From contig WELB01000006.1 of the NCBI GenBank assembly GCA_009602725.1, positions 1,467,552 through 1,524,404 on the forward strand: a stretch of DNA of 56,853 bases. The letters are read 5' to 3'. The stretch is from Spirogloea muscicola (lineage: Eukaryota). The notes beneath the pieces are model-generated. The model saw nothing but the letters and a program-made list of their open reading frames with translations. It did no database searches and was not told the DNA's origin. Made by a program: the position numbers and the translations under genes. Of this stretch, positions 37,258-50,035 are shown one piece after another (position 1 is the stretch's first letter; each line of letters opens with the position of its first letter).

Positions 37258-38324
37258 CAGTCCGCCGCAGTCGAAGAAGCGTGCCCTGCAGGTGGTCAGA
37301 GTACGACAATGGAGCCCCCATCATGCTGCCGGCAAAATCCCGTCATACAAATATACCCATTCAGGTGAGCCCACTGGTGCATCTACACTCCCGTTGGTAG
37401 CTGTCAAGGGGGGTTACTGAGGGGTGCCAGGTTCTTCTCAGGTGTTTAGGCTGTCCTCCCTTGATCGACTTGTTCATGGCTGTCTCCGCCAGCAAGTCGA
37501 AGCGATGGACACAACATTCTTTGCTATCCTCTGAACCGAGGTAGTCTTCCACAGTTGGCGGTATGCCTTCTACCAGAATGATATGGTGAGGCTGCAATTG
37601 CAGCCGATGCTTGTCAACTCAAAGCCGTATTGATGTTGCCACTCAAGTGCACCCTGGCTCCACTAGGACGGGTTGATGTAGAGGGAATGGATCAACAACG
37701 AGCAGCATGACTATTGAGTTTTAGCCGGGGGCTTCTGCTCAGAGTGACAGAAATTAGTCCATAGGCTGCTTGCTGCCACCACGAGAAGAGGCTCGGTTAT
37801 GTCATCCTTTGGTGGCCCACAACAATTACCATGGTGCTCAGGACAAAGCGGCACTAACGCTGCAGGCGCAAGTCACTGTGTTATGTGACAGCCATGCAGT
37901 TGCCAGGATGCAAGGTACGAGCACGCGCAGGCATTGGCTCTGCATGTCCGCAGGGTGGCGTGCGCGCCAAGAGTGCAGGTGGCGCCCATGTCTGCATGAC
38001 AAAAGCTGGGCTTTACCTGCTGCGGAGGGGCTGAGCAAGCAAGCTCGATAGTGCGGACAAGGGAGAGGGGCCTTGCTGCGATAACACGGAAGCGATGCGA
38101 GACTGGCGGTGATAGCATGTCATGGCCATTAGTAATCACCGGCTCCACCAAGCCCTGTGCTTGCAGCTCGCCAAAAGGGAGCGGGCCCCAGAGGGAGAAG
38201 GCGCACAGTGTGCAGAAATCGATACGGTGGCCACTTTAAGCCAATACGCTGTTTTGCAGTAGCTTTTGTTCAGGCAAAAGCTAGTGCAAAGTGGGGGTAC
38301 ATGGAACGAAGCCCTATGCAAAGG

Positions 38325-38385
38325 TCCATTGCTTTCGAGCTGGCTTTGTCAGCCCCTCTTCTCTCTGAGCGAGCCATTTCTTCTT
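38325..38385 (+). mobile_element. Family D 3'-tip-only insertion in unique DNA
   Basis: Tip sequence flanked by CCTATGCAAAGG (38313-38324) and CCTATGCTAAGG (38386-38397). Confidence 0.75.
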
Positions 38386-38589
38386 CCTATGCTAAGGTGG
38401 CTAAGGTAACATTGTGAACAGTGTACCCACGAGTGAAGACATACAAATCTGACAGGCTAACTTGGGGACCTGGAACCGCCTCGGACCAGTGGCCCGACTT
38501 AGAGAGGGTGACGGCAACGGCCAGCCCGAGAGCCTGTCAAAAGAAGAAAGGGAGAGAGGGAGGAGAAGAGAGAGAGACTCTTCCGAACG

Positions 38590-41500
38590 AGCCTTGAGGC
38601 TCCTCACTCGTAGCTACTGTGTGGTCCTTCCTCCACCCGTTCTGCCATAGCATTTTCAGGCCCCTCCGTCGTTGTGGCCCCTTCGAACCTTGGTCACTTC
38701 TTTTCAGGCTGGCTTTTCACAGCCCTTGCCCCCGTTGGGAGAGCCACTTCTCTTCCTTCAGTTTGCCCTAGACTCTGCCTGAACAATATATCGTCTTGAA
38801 TTGGCCTCCATTTCATTTCATGCGCCCCGCGCGCCTTCTCTCTAACGGGGCGAGGGCTGGGCCGTTGGGCGCTCGGTGGCTCGAGCTGCTCAACCAGCTC
38901 GCCCGCCACACCATCGTCCGCCGTATCCAAGGGGGAGCCGGTGGACTTTCCTGCAGCCGGGTCGTTGGCGCAAGTGTACCGTATGCGCCTGGCCGTCTCG
39001 CTGCAGAAGGTGCTGCAGAGGTCTTTGGCTGAGTGACTCTCCTGTAGCTCTTTGGATTTTGTCCATTCTTTTTTGGCTGGCTTCTGCCAGCCCCTCTCTT
39101 CTATGGGCGAGCTCATTCTCTCTGGCCCGCGCGCTGCACCTGCCTGCCGGCAGAGCCCTCGCTGCTGCCTCTGGTTCTGGCCAGGGGACCCACATCCACG
39201 AGCCTAGCATATCCGACCTGCGGCTGCTTAGCAGAGGTTACTGAGTGATTCGTAGCTGCTTTGTTTCTGTGTGCTTGTTTTTCTTAGCGCTTCGCCAGGG
39301 GACCCACTTCCAGGAGCCTAGCATCTCTGATCTGCGGCTGCTTAGCAGGGGTTACTGAGTGATCCGTAGCTGCTTTGTTTCTTTGTGTGCTTGTTTTCCT
39401 TAGCGCTTCCCCTGGCCCCATTCTCGTACCTCGTTCAGTCTTTTTTGGGCTGGCTTTCCCAGCCCCTATACTCAATCCCACCAGATTGGCGTCGCTTGCA
39501 GGGCACGCGGTCGGCCAGGCGGCCCGAGGGAAGGAGCGAAAGTATGCCGACCACCCGGTTGGTGATGCATTCGCGGCCCTGGCGATTGATGTGCACGGGG
39601 CCTTCGGCAGCCGCTGGCTGGATCTCCTCCAGCGGCTTGCCTGTCAGGCCATTGATCGGCTGCCGGGTCTGCCAGGAAGAGGAATTGGTCGCCCATTGAG
39701 GATAGGGGCTGGAAAAGCCAGCCCATAAAAGAATCAACAAAGCACGAGAAGGGGGCCAGGGGAAGCGCTAAGAGAAACAAGCACACACTGAAACAAAGCA
39801 GCTACGAATCACTCAGTAGGAGCGCTGCCCGGCTTCAACAGGGCCATTTCGCTTGCACAAGTCTTCCGCATGCGCCTGGCGGAATCGCTTCAACGCTCCC
39901 TTGCCCACGCCGTCCACACGCGAGCAGGCCGTGCCATGGCTGCCGCCTCTGGTTCTCGGCAGAGTGCCTCGTCCCTGCAGCCAGTTTTTCCGACCTGATG
40001 GTGCTCACTCGCGGGTACTGAGCTTCCCTTTGCATCGTCGTGTGTTGTTTGCCGTGGTTTGTAGTGTAGTCCCATTTCGGCACCTCTTTCTTTGGCTTTG
40101 GACATTGTCCATCCTTTTTGGGCTGGCTTTGCCAGCCTTCTTCTCTATGGGCGCGCGCTTCTCTTCTCTATGGGCGAGCACTTTCTTCAATGGGCGAGCA
40201 CTTTCTCCTGCTGAAGGAGAAAGCGCGGCAAGATTGACTGGTGGCTGGGAAAAGCCGCGCGCCCATCCCCCCATCGGACGGCGCGCGCGCCGGAGAAGAA
40301 AGTGCTCGCCCATTGAGGATAGGGAAAGCCAGCCCAAAACGAATGAACAAAGTACGAGAAGGGGGCCAGGGGAAGCGCTAAGGAAAACAAGCACACAAAG
40401 AAACAAAGCAGCTACGGATCACTCAGTAACCCCTGCTAAGCAGCCGCAGATCAGAGATGCTAGGCTCCTGGAAGTGGGTCCCCTGGCCAGAGCCAGAGGC
40501 AGCAGCGAGGGCTCTGCCGGCACGAAGGTGCAGCGCGCGGGCCATAGACCTCTGCAGCGAGACGGCCATGCGCAGACGGTACACTTGCGCCAGCGACCCG
40601 GCTGCATAAAAATCTACCGGCTCCCCATGGAAGCGACGGGCGATGGTGTGGCGGGCGAGCTGGGTGAGCAGCTCGAGCCACCGAGCGCCCAGCAGAAGAA
40701 GAGCTCGCCCATAGAGAAGAGGGAATTCCGTGTCTGGAGAAGAGGGGCTGGCAAAGCCAACCCAAAAAGAATGGACAATGTCCGAAGCCAAAGAAAGAAG
40801 TGCCGGAAAGAGAGAGAAGGCGCGCGGGGCGCATGAATTGAAAGGGAGGCCAATTCACGCCAATACATTGTTCAGGCCGGAAAAGGACTACACGCGCCCC
40901 ATGGATGTCACTTGCCAACGGAAAGAACTCGTCTTCCCACGGATGGTCGGCGTACTTGAGCTCTCAAGACCGAGCGGCGCAGGCGACCGCATACCCAGCC
41001 TTGGTGGCACGTTGGGCTGGGTGTGAGCGGTCGTATGCGTCGGTTGTCACCACGTCCAGGAGAAAACGTGGCCCGCCGGCCTGTGCCGGCGGAGCCCTCG
41101 CTGCTGCCTCTGGCTCTGGCCAGGGGACCCACTTCCAGGAGCCTAGCATCTCTGATCTGCGGCTGCTTAGCAGGGGGTTACTGATTGATTCGTAGCTGCT
41201 GTAATTCTTTGTGTGCTTGTTTTTCTTAGCGCTTCCTCTGGCCCCCTTCTCGTAGTCTTTTCATTCTTTTTGGGCTGGCTTTTCCAGCCCTTATCCTCAA
41301 TGGGCGAGCACTTTCTTGTGGGGTGGCCACCAGGTCTACGTGACGGGCGTGGAGACCGTCGGCCCTTTCCTAAATCTGCGGCTGCTCAGCAGGGGTTACT
41401 GAGTGATTCGTAGCTGCTTTGTTTCTTTATGTGCTTGTTTTCTTAGCGCTTCCCCTGGCCCCGTTCTCGTACTCTGTTCATTCTTTTTTGGGCTGGCTTT

Positions 41501-42290
41501 TCCAGCCCCTATTCTCAATGGGCGAGCACTTTCTTCTTTTCCAGCCCCCTATCCTCAATGGGCGAGCACTTTCTTTCCTGGAGCGGCATGACGCCGGAGT
41601 GCTCCGCTGCCACCGAGAAGAGAAGCGCGGCCAGATTGACTGGTGGCTGGGAAAGGCCAACCCAAAGGAATGGACAAGGTCTGAGGGTCACAGCCTCCAC
41701 CAGGATGCCATGCAGCCGGGTCGCTGGCGCAAGTCTATCGAATGCGCCTGGCCGTCTCGCTGCAGAGGTCCATGGCCCGGGCGCTGCACCTTCGTGCCGG
41801 CAGAGCCCTCGCTGCTGCCTCTGGCTCTGGCCAGGGGACCCACTTCCAGGAGCCCAAGCATCTCTGATCTGCGGCTGCTTAGCAGGGGTTACTGAGTGTC
41901 TCGTAGCAGCTTTGTTTCTGTTACTTAGCGCTTCCCCTGGCCCCCTTCTCGTACTCTGTTCATTCTTTTAGTCTGCACTCGACTCTGCCTGAACAATGTA
42001 TTGGCTTGAATTGGCCTCCCTTTCAATTCATGCGCCCCGCGCGCCTTCTCTCTTTTTCGGGCTGGTTGTTCCAGCCCCTATTCTCAATGGGCGAGCACTT
42101 TCTTCATGCATCGCATCGCGGAGGCGGTCGTGGGCCGCTGTCCGCTCGCCGCCGTGGGCGCAGCGCCGGAGCGTCCAGCTGCACGAGCGGCGACAGGCCA
42201 GGAGAATTGGGCAAGGTCCATAAGGCACTGCAAACCCACAAGCGATGCAGGTACATCGAGACGCTTGAAGGAAAGGTAGGCCAAGCCGAG
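38590..42290. mobile_element. Second nest of CRE-like RLE retrotransposon fragments
   Basis: Multiple DLRLLSRGY-type ORF ends (39244, 39358, 40423, about 41184, about 41403, 41895). Family B, D, F and T modules. Zinc-knuckle fragment CIACG..LRRCAHGGERTAAHDRLRDA at about 42110-42250 (-). Confidence 0.85.
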
Positions 42291-42428
42291 CCAGCACACC
42301 GCTCACGCTAACGGCAAAAACAACGCCTCTCCCAAGAGAAGGCCATGGCATAGGAAGCGGAGGCAGTTGCCATCGCCCCCCCCGCCGGCGAGCCCGCGGC
42401 CGGCGCCCCGCGGCTGCGCCGTGGCGGC

Positions 42429-42473
42429 ATGGCCACGGCCGTGCCGAAGCCNCATCTGCGGCGGCGGCGATGG

Positions 42474-42504
<31 letters not shown>

Positions 42505-45500
42505 GGCGGTTGCGGCGGGGCCCTGGATCGCACCTGCCGCCGATGGATGGCCAGGGGCGGCGCTGGAGCGGGCGCGGCATTGATTGCGCGGTCCCGCTGC
42601 CGCCATCGCAGGCCACCAGCGGGCCGTGCAACACCGCCAAGCCGTGGGGCTGGAGCGTGGTGGAGAGCGCCAAGTGGCAGAGGTGCGCGCCAGTGTGCAG
42701 GGCGACGGACTGACTTGCCCATGGTCCTCTCGGTCCCCGCGCACGAGGGATCCTGTCTAAAGATCGTGGGAATGGCGGCAATGTTGTGACTACGGTGATG
42801 AGGCTGTACGTTGAGCACAAGCAGGCCGAAGGCGTGGATAGAGGCGCCTCCCTCTATCGCCTCCACAAGTGCTGTTCTCAGGAAAGGCTTGGATGCAGAG
42901 AGGAGCAAGGGGTTATCCGGTCATGACTTGGTGTGTAATGCGCCCGAAGAGAACGAGGGCCTCTTCCAACGAGGCCCAAGTCCAGCCGAGGCACACCTGA
43001 CTCGTCTCTGTGTCTGCTGCTGCGCGGTCTCTCCGGCGCAGCTGGAAGAACCTGGGCAACATGCCTCCGGTGGAGGCGATGAGGCTCTTCGTCCGGACGC
43101 TGGAGGTGAGGAATCCGAGCAGCATGCAGCACAAGTGAACTGGCTGAAGGCATCTGATCACGAAGACCAGTGACCTTTGCATCAGTGCGTTGCAAAGCAG
43201 CTCCGTTGCAACTCTGAGGATGACTTAGAAGAGCTGGAGTGCGCTGCAGGAGGAGGACCCTGACTGGTGGCAGCGCTCGCTGGAAGAGGCGCAACAGGCA
43301 AAGGTACGACGATCTTCTCTCGCTGTGAAATGGATGAGGCTCAATAATTGCTTTCGGTCTGCGGCCCTCTTTTGACAACCACGGCTGCTTTTCTCGGAGA
43401 TGCTTGCTGCCGTGCTTCTTCTCCTGTTCCTTCAGGATTGCTTCTGGCGGCAGGAGCATTGCAGCTCCACTTAAGCTTCTCCCTCCTCTTCCAGTCTCAG
43501 AATGTCGCCAGCCAGGCGGCCCCTGCAGAAGACCCGGTGTTCCCAACGATCAACGGCATGCATCCACCCGCAGAAGCACCTGCTCTGGCAAAGGAGCTCA
43601 CGAGCTTAGCACATTCTGACGAGTGGCTGCTTCAAGAAATTGTTGGTCGAAAGCCTCCTCCTCGATACCAGGTGCTCTTTCTCATGCATTCTCCCGAGGC
43701 GTTTTGTGATTTGTCGCTTCCCGCCTGATTAGCTCCAGCATCTATTTGGTCTTCAAGTACCACTTCGGCCATGTCTTTGGACGTGCGGACTCAATTGTCG
43801 AGCAATGCAAGATGTCGTGCATGACCAGAGCATCCAGCAACTATGTATGTGCTTCCTTGTAGCACGCGGCAACATTACTAGGCCGTAAGATGTACGTCGT
43901 AGGGGGCAATTGCAACGGCCGGTACCTCAACGACGTCCAGGTGCAGTCTGCCAATCCTGCAGGCCATTTGATAGGCTAGCCAAACTTTGACCTGGCAGAC
44001 AAAGTACATCATATCGACAGACAGAAGCAGCACATATGTTTGTTGTCTTTTGCACGGTGGTGCCTTCATCCCCTTTCTTATGAGGCGTGTGTGATGGAAT
44101 TACAGCTGTCTGCTCTTTGTCATGTGGCAGATACTGGACCTGTCCACTCTGACTTGGTCAAAGGCAGACTACAAGCCATCGACCGCCTCTTTGCCACCAC
44201 CCATCCCCTTGCCCTCTTCACTTCCCCCTGCTCCTCCTCCTCTTCCACCATGCGCCGGCCACAGCTTGGTACGTACAATGTACAATTGCTCAGGTTATTG
44301 CAGAAGTGAAAGCAGGGTTCAAATCTTCTGGCAGATAGTCAACGACCTTTGAGCAGACAAGGCCGCTGTCAATGCAAGCCACTCCATTGATGTAAGAATG
44401 GTTTGGCTGATGGCTGACCAGATTACCTGGGGTAGGACCTTGTTAGTCATCGGTGGCCACACCAAGGACCCATCTCAGACAGTTACAGGTTTGGTGCTAA
44501 ACTGTCAACCCAAGCAATATTGTCAACCCTTGACCCACAACCCGTTTTCCTGTGCGTTTTCAAGCTAATCTGGTCACTGACATGCGCTTCGATGACCTTG
44601 CTCGGACATTGTCCCCCTCATGGAAAGGCGACAAGGGGAAAGCTCTGGTCAATAGCTTCAGAAAGTCTCATGCGAAAATTGCTGTTGATTGGATGTGCGT
44701 GTGCAGTACGTGCTTTTGACACAGAAGCCCTGTCTTGGTCAGAGCTGACCCCTGGTGGCGACATTCCGGTGAGCTTCACAAGGTTTGCTTGGATGAGCTG
44801 GTGCATGGTAGATGACAAGTTCGAATTCCTGATCACCAGCATTTTGACTGCTGTAGGTGGCGAGAGGTGGCCAGTCTGTAACCCGCGCTGGCAGCAGCCT
44901 GGTCATGTTTGGTGGGGAGGACTCAAGACGACGATTGCTGAATGATGTCCACAACCTCAATTTGAACACAATGACGTGGAGTACTGTAGAGACAAAGTAC
45001 GACCTCTTTTGCAGCCTTGCTTGATAGCTGCCGCATGTGGGCGTGTGGCTGCCGTTTTTGTCGTCTTGACACTATTATGAGCACAGCTAGTGATAGCTGA
45101 TGCGCAGAATGTGCACGTCTTTCCTTGCAGAGGCACAAGACCTCCTCCTCGATCAGATCATGCTGCAACGCTGCACAATAATCGATACCTCCTTGTTTTT
45201 GGAGGCGGTTCCCATTCCAACTGCTACAATGATTTGCATATCTTGGACCTGGAGACTGTAAGCGATCAATGATGCCATGCTTCACTTCGACATGCTCATG
45301 ACCTGCGATTAACGAATGTGACATGTTGTCATTGATGGTACATGAGAGAGCTCTGAGAGCTCCTCAAAGTAAGCCCATTTGCCTGCATCTTCCAGATGGA
45401 GTGGTCTCAGCCACAACAAGATGGTTCGCTGCCTTCACCGAGGGCCGGTCACGCTGGCATTAAAGTGGATGACAAGTGGTACGTCATTGGTGGTGGCGAC

Positions 45501-47910
45501 AATAAGAGTGGTAGGTCTCGCCACCAATAGAAGCAAAAGCTGACCAAGCTAATGAAGATGCAAGTTAATTAAGATCCTTATGACGGCATGGACGTCTATG
45601 AGGCAAGGCACGTCATCTGAGCTCAGCACTTGCTCGACGGGCCAGGTGTTGCTGGTACTGCAGTGCTCGACCTCACGTCAATGCAGTGGTCAAAAGTAAC
45701 AGTGCCGAATCCCAAGAGTGCAATTGCAAGCGAGGTAGGCTTCCATGGTGGCCTCATAGTGTGGGTGCCAGAGTGCATGTTGCATGGACTTGACTGTGGA
45801 CAGTAATTTGCTTCTCCACTCATGAAGCTTTCTGTGTATGACACATGGGTGCAGGGCCTCAGCGTGTCATTTCTGCAAGAGGATGGAGGCTACCTCATTG
45901 CATTCGGCGGCTACAACGGCCGTTATAGCAATGATGTACGGGCACAATGCCTGCGCTGGTGGTATTTGAAATGCTGCAGATATTATCTGACATGCAAGAA
46001 CTTTTCAATGAGCTCTCCCAGTGTGCACAGAGGTCTGGAGCTGTACTTTGACTTTGAGTCGGTGTCCTCGTTGAGCAGGTGCATGTCTTCAGGCCAACTG
46101 TGCAGGCAAAGCCACCGGCAAAGATCCTAGAGTCTGCTGCTGCAGCCAAGGCTACTTCAGTAGCTGCGATCCCGCAGCAGCAAGTGAAGGGGGGGCCTGC
46201 TCAAGCAGAGCTTGGCACGTCAGCTCAAGGGCCCTTGCCGTCCAAGCCCTCTGTGTCACGGCCACCTGTCAAGCCACTGCCATCTGAAGCAGTCATTTCT
46301 GCGGAGGAGCCACACCAAAGAGTACACCCCTAAGATCTTGAAATCGTACATCTAGTCGTGCTCCTGCTCCTGCTGATGCAGTGGGATGGAAATACATGGA
46401 TGATGCAAATATGGATGCAGATGACAAGTAGCTGTTGAGTGCATGTGATGAACTAGCACCCTCACCTTGACCCAATATGGCAGCAATGACGTAGGGTGTT
46501 TAGGGTGCACCCTTTTCTAGCAATGATTGCGTCCCGCTTTTTGCTGCAGCCAAGGACAGAGGAGGAGAGGCTCTATGAGGAGTTGCAGTCTTCTCAGAGG
46601 GCCAAGGAGGAAGCAGAGACTGCCTTAGCTGAGGCCCGTGGCCAGCTTGTGACAGCTCAAGTTGCGACAAGTGGAGCGCAGGTCTTATAGCCAGATATAT
46701 CTTTTTTCTGAGCAACTCATGATATGAGCAGTCTAGAAGGAGAGCTAGCTCGCCTTTGCTACTTCTTCTGTCAGGTCACCCTTCTTCAACAGCTTCATCG
46801 AAGCAGGTTGTGCATGCAGAAGTTTGCCAACATAACAACGATGTACTTGACATACTGCAGGCCGAGAATGCTCGCCTGAAAAAGGACCTTGTTGCTGCTA
46901 CGTCATCCTTGGCAGAGGCAGCGAATGAACTGTCATCAGCAAAGTCGTCACTGGCAGAGAACGCTTACGAAGTTGCGCGCTTGAAAGAAAGGCAGGCAGA
47001 AGTTGCAAGAGAATCCGCCCTGGCAGCTGCCGCAGGTGCAGCTCAACTTTCAGGAGTTTAGCCTTGCCTACAAGTATTGACTGAGACTTGCTGTGCTTTT
47101 GCTCTTCCTTCTCATGTCAGAAGGAGCCGTTAAGAGCTTTTCCAGACTCCTTACTAGCAACCATTTCCTCCATAGAGACAATGCTTGCTCTTGTCTTGTA
47201 CCGCAAGTCAATCAAGGGCCTGATGCAGGTGCGAAGGTGGGTGTAACAGGGGCAGATGCTGCAGAAGTTGCGAAACTCCGAAAGGAACTTGCAGCTGCCA
47301 AAGCGGCTCTTGCAGACACTGAGCAGGTATCAATAGGCAGGTTCATTTTGCAATGCACGTGCTTAAAGGCCGGGACCTGGTCGGGATTCTCACAGCACGC
47401 TCTACCCCGCGCTTCACTCCAGGAACTTCAATCTGCTCGAGGAGCTTTGGCAGGGGAGCAATCTCGATGCTTTCGGCTGGAGGTGAGATCAGTCTGTACC
47501 TCAGCTGACGCTGTGATTAAAGTTCAGGGGGTTCAGGGTTTAGGGGCTTAGAGTTCCTTCGCGTGCAATCTGTGACCATTGTGCTATTTCCTCTTTGATC
47601 TTTGCCTTTGCTTTGCTGGGATAGATGGAGCACTGGCGTGTACCTGAAGAGCGGGGTTAAACGGCGTGCTGCCAGCTCCCTCGAGATCTCCTTGCAGTCC
47701 ACCACTGATAGTGCGTCCATCGGGACACAGGTGGAGGTGGCAGAGCTCCGGCAGAAGCTGCAGGGCATGGAGGCGCTGGAGAAGGAGCTGGAGCTGCTGC
47801 GACGGCAGAAGGCCGCCTCTGAGGAAGCGGCGGCCACGGCTGCTGCTCAGAAGAACAACCAGCCGGGCATGTGGGGTTGGTTAGCAGGAGCCCCTCCGGA
47901 GAAGGCCTAG
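42429..47910 (+). CDS. ACBP4: Acyl-CoA-binding domain protein with kelch repeats and C-terminal coiled coil (ACBP4/5-like)
   Basis: QATSGPCNTAKPWGW..KWQSWKNLGNM..EAMRLFVRTLEEEDPDW; kelch repeats (PRYQHAA..YVVGG, ARGGQS..MFGG, PRSDHAA..VFGG, PRAGHA..VIGG); EQSRCFRLEVEVAELRQKLQ; end MWGWLAGAPPEKA-stop. Most of exon 1 is probably lost at the single N at 42452, so the start is tentative. Confidence 0.9.
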
Positions 47911-48579
47911 ACTTGCTGCAGCTGAGGCCATGACTAGGCTCGCCAACGCTTGCAGCGGTGCATGAGTGTTGGAGGCCCTGCCAGAGTGCAGCAGCTCACG
48001 AGGTCTGTAAAGAATCATCTTTGCAGGTGTGTTTAGCTGGGAATAAATAGGTAGTGCTGGTCCGTGTAATCACTGACACGCAGGCTTAAGCTGCTGGGGC
48101 TGGCTGTAGCCTCTGCTGTGAGTCTTACACAGGAGTTGAGCATGGAACCACACCAACTACCCTTAGCTGCAGATCGGTGCCTGCAGGAAGGAGCCAGGGC
48201 AACGACCACTGGCATCCTTTTGACAGACCACCAATCTAGCAGGCGCCTGACGATTTCGTCGTGCCCAATGGTAGTGGAAAAGCAGTTCAACACATCATAC
48301 CTCCAGCCTGCCAGCCCATCGAGCTGAGAGTTGAGATTCCAAAAGGCCAAGCGGACGTGCACAGACACGAGCTGCTGCATGATTCCATACCCTGCAAAAA
48401 TTCGAGATCATGCAGCCCTCTGTCCCTGTGGCCAGCGCATGAATGTGCACCTTCACAAGCACGCATCTTCAGTCGACCAGTCTCACTCAGTGGAGAATAC
48501 ACAGCAGTGCGGGGTAGGCGCTGAAGACCAGAAGGCACCAGGCCAATCTAGGCTTTCTCCTCGAGTTATGAAATGCCAG

Positions 48580-50035
48580 TTAAGAGGGGTCCCGGTCGGA
48601 GGCAGTGGTGCTGCGGCGGACGGTCTGCACGAGCCGGGCGCGCACGCTTCCCCATTCCTGCCGTCGGTCCATGCTGCCTGCGCGGATGCGGTACTCAAAT
48701 TCTCCGCGCCACTGCAGCCGCTGGAAAATCATGTCCAGAGCACCGCCGGGCAGGTCCTGTGCCCACAGGAAGTGGCGCTGCGCAGCCGCGATGTGTCGCT
48801 GGTACTCGCGCAGCCGCGCGGGGTTCTGCAGCACGGCGTCGAGGCGCGCCTCCAGCGTGCCCACCTCGCCGGGGTCGATGTTGATGCTGATCTTGGACCA
48901 GTCCAGCTCGTCCTGGAACGGGTGATCGTTTTGCCGCAGGAACGTCACTGCAGGGAGGCAAAGGACATCATCAGCGGGCGTGAACGGCGCCACAGCGCGG
49001 CTGCTCGGGAGCCTCGGCAACCAATGTAGTGCCCAGCCTCACCAGGTATGCAGCCGCAGAGGATGGCCTTGATGGGGCGCGTTGTCCACTGCGAGTGGCC
49101 CGGCGGGGAGACGCAGAACTTGGCTCGCCGGTAGTCCTCGAGCGTCGCTGCATCGTCCTTGACCCCAAAGGACCAGGCGCGCTGCTTGTTGTCAACTCGG
49201 CGCTCGCTGCCGGCGAAGAGGTCGTACAGCTCGGCGCGTGTCTCGTGGCCGTGGTGCCGCACGGGCATTCCGTGGTGGTGCTGCGGCGCGAACCGGAAGA
49301 CGGCGTTGAAGGGGCGGGGCCCGTCCCACGGCGCGCGCGGGCGCAGCGCGGCGGGCGGCACGAAGGGCGGGATGACAATGTCGCGGTCCGGGCGGTAGCA
49401 CGGGATGTCGGGCAGCGCCACCACGGAGCCGTTGGGCCCGGCGACGAGGCCGAGGCCGAGGCCGAGCCCTCCGGCCGGCGGTCGGTGGTTGTACGCCACG
49501 GCCTGCAGCGTGCGGTTGGGGTGGGCGTGCACGGAGCGCGCGAGCTTGTCGCCGGCGAGCTGCAGGAAGAACATGTTGGCGTACAGCGATGGGTCGGTGA
49601 AGGTGAGCGCCGTGCAGCGGCCGTGGTCCATGGTGAGCACGGCGAAGTGGTCGCGCCCGGCGGTGCGGTTGAAGAAGGGCCAGCGGGCGCGCACTTGGCG
49701 AAGCGCCGCCTCCAGCGCGTCCGACGTCCCGCCCACAGCGTCGACCATGTTGGCTTCCCAGTCGCGGTAGCGCGCGAGCGTGTGGAAGGCGGCGTAGAAG
49801 GGGACGAGGAAGAGCGCGGCGTCCTCGGGCGCCGTGGTGCGCACCGCGTTGCTGCGCGCCAGCGCCTCGTGCACCGCGCGCTCCCCGTCGTACTGCTCGC
49901 TCCACCACGCCGGCTGCGGGCCCCCGCGCACCCCCGCCGTCCACTCCACGCCCAGGTCGTACACGTACACGAAACGCCGCAGCTCGCCGCCCCCGCCGCC
50001 GCCGCCGCCGCCGCCGCCGACGGCGGCGGCCCGGG
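48580..50035 (-). CDS. Exostosin-family (GT47) glycosyltransferase, 5' end in gap
   Basis: FVYVYDL; VRTTAPEDAALFLVPFY; GRDHF; DIVIP; FCVSPPG..AILCGCIPV; PFQDELDW. One intron at 48948-49042. Confidence 0.88.

Noticed and set aside
48033..48380. 115-aa minus-strand ORF between ACBP and GT47
   Set aside because: No recognisable domain or supported splice structure.
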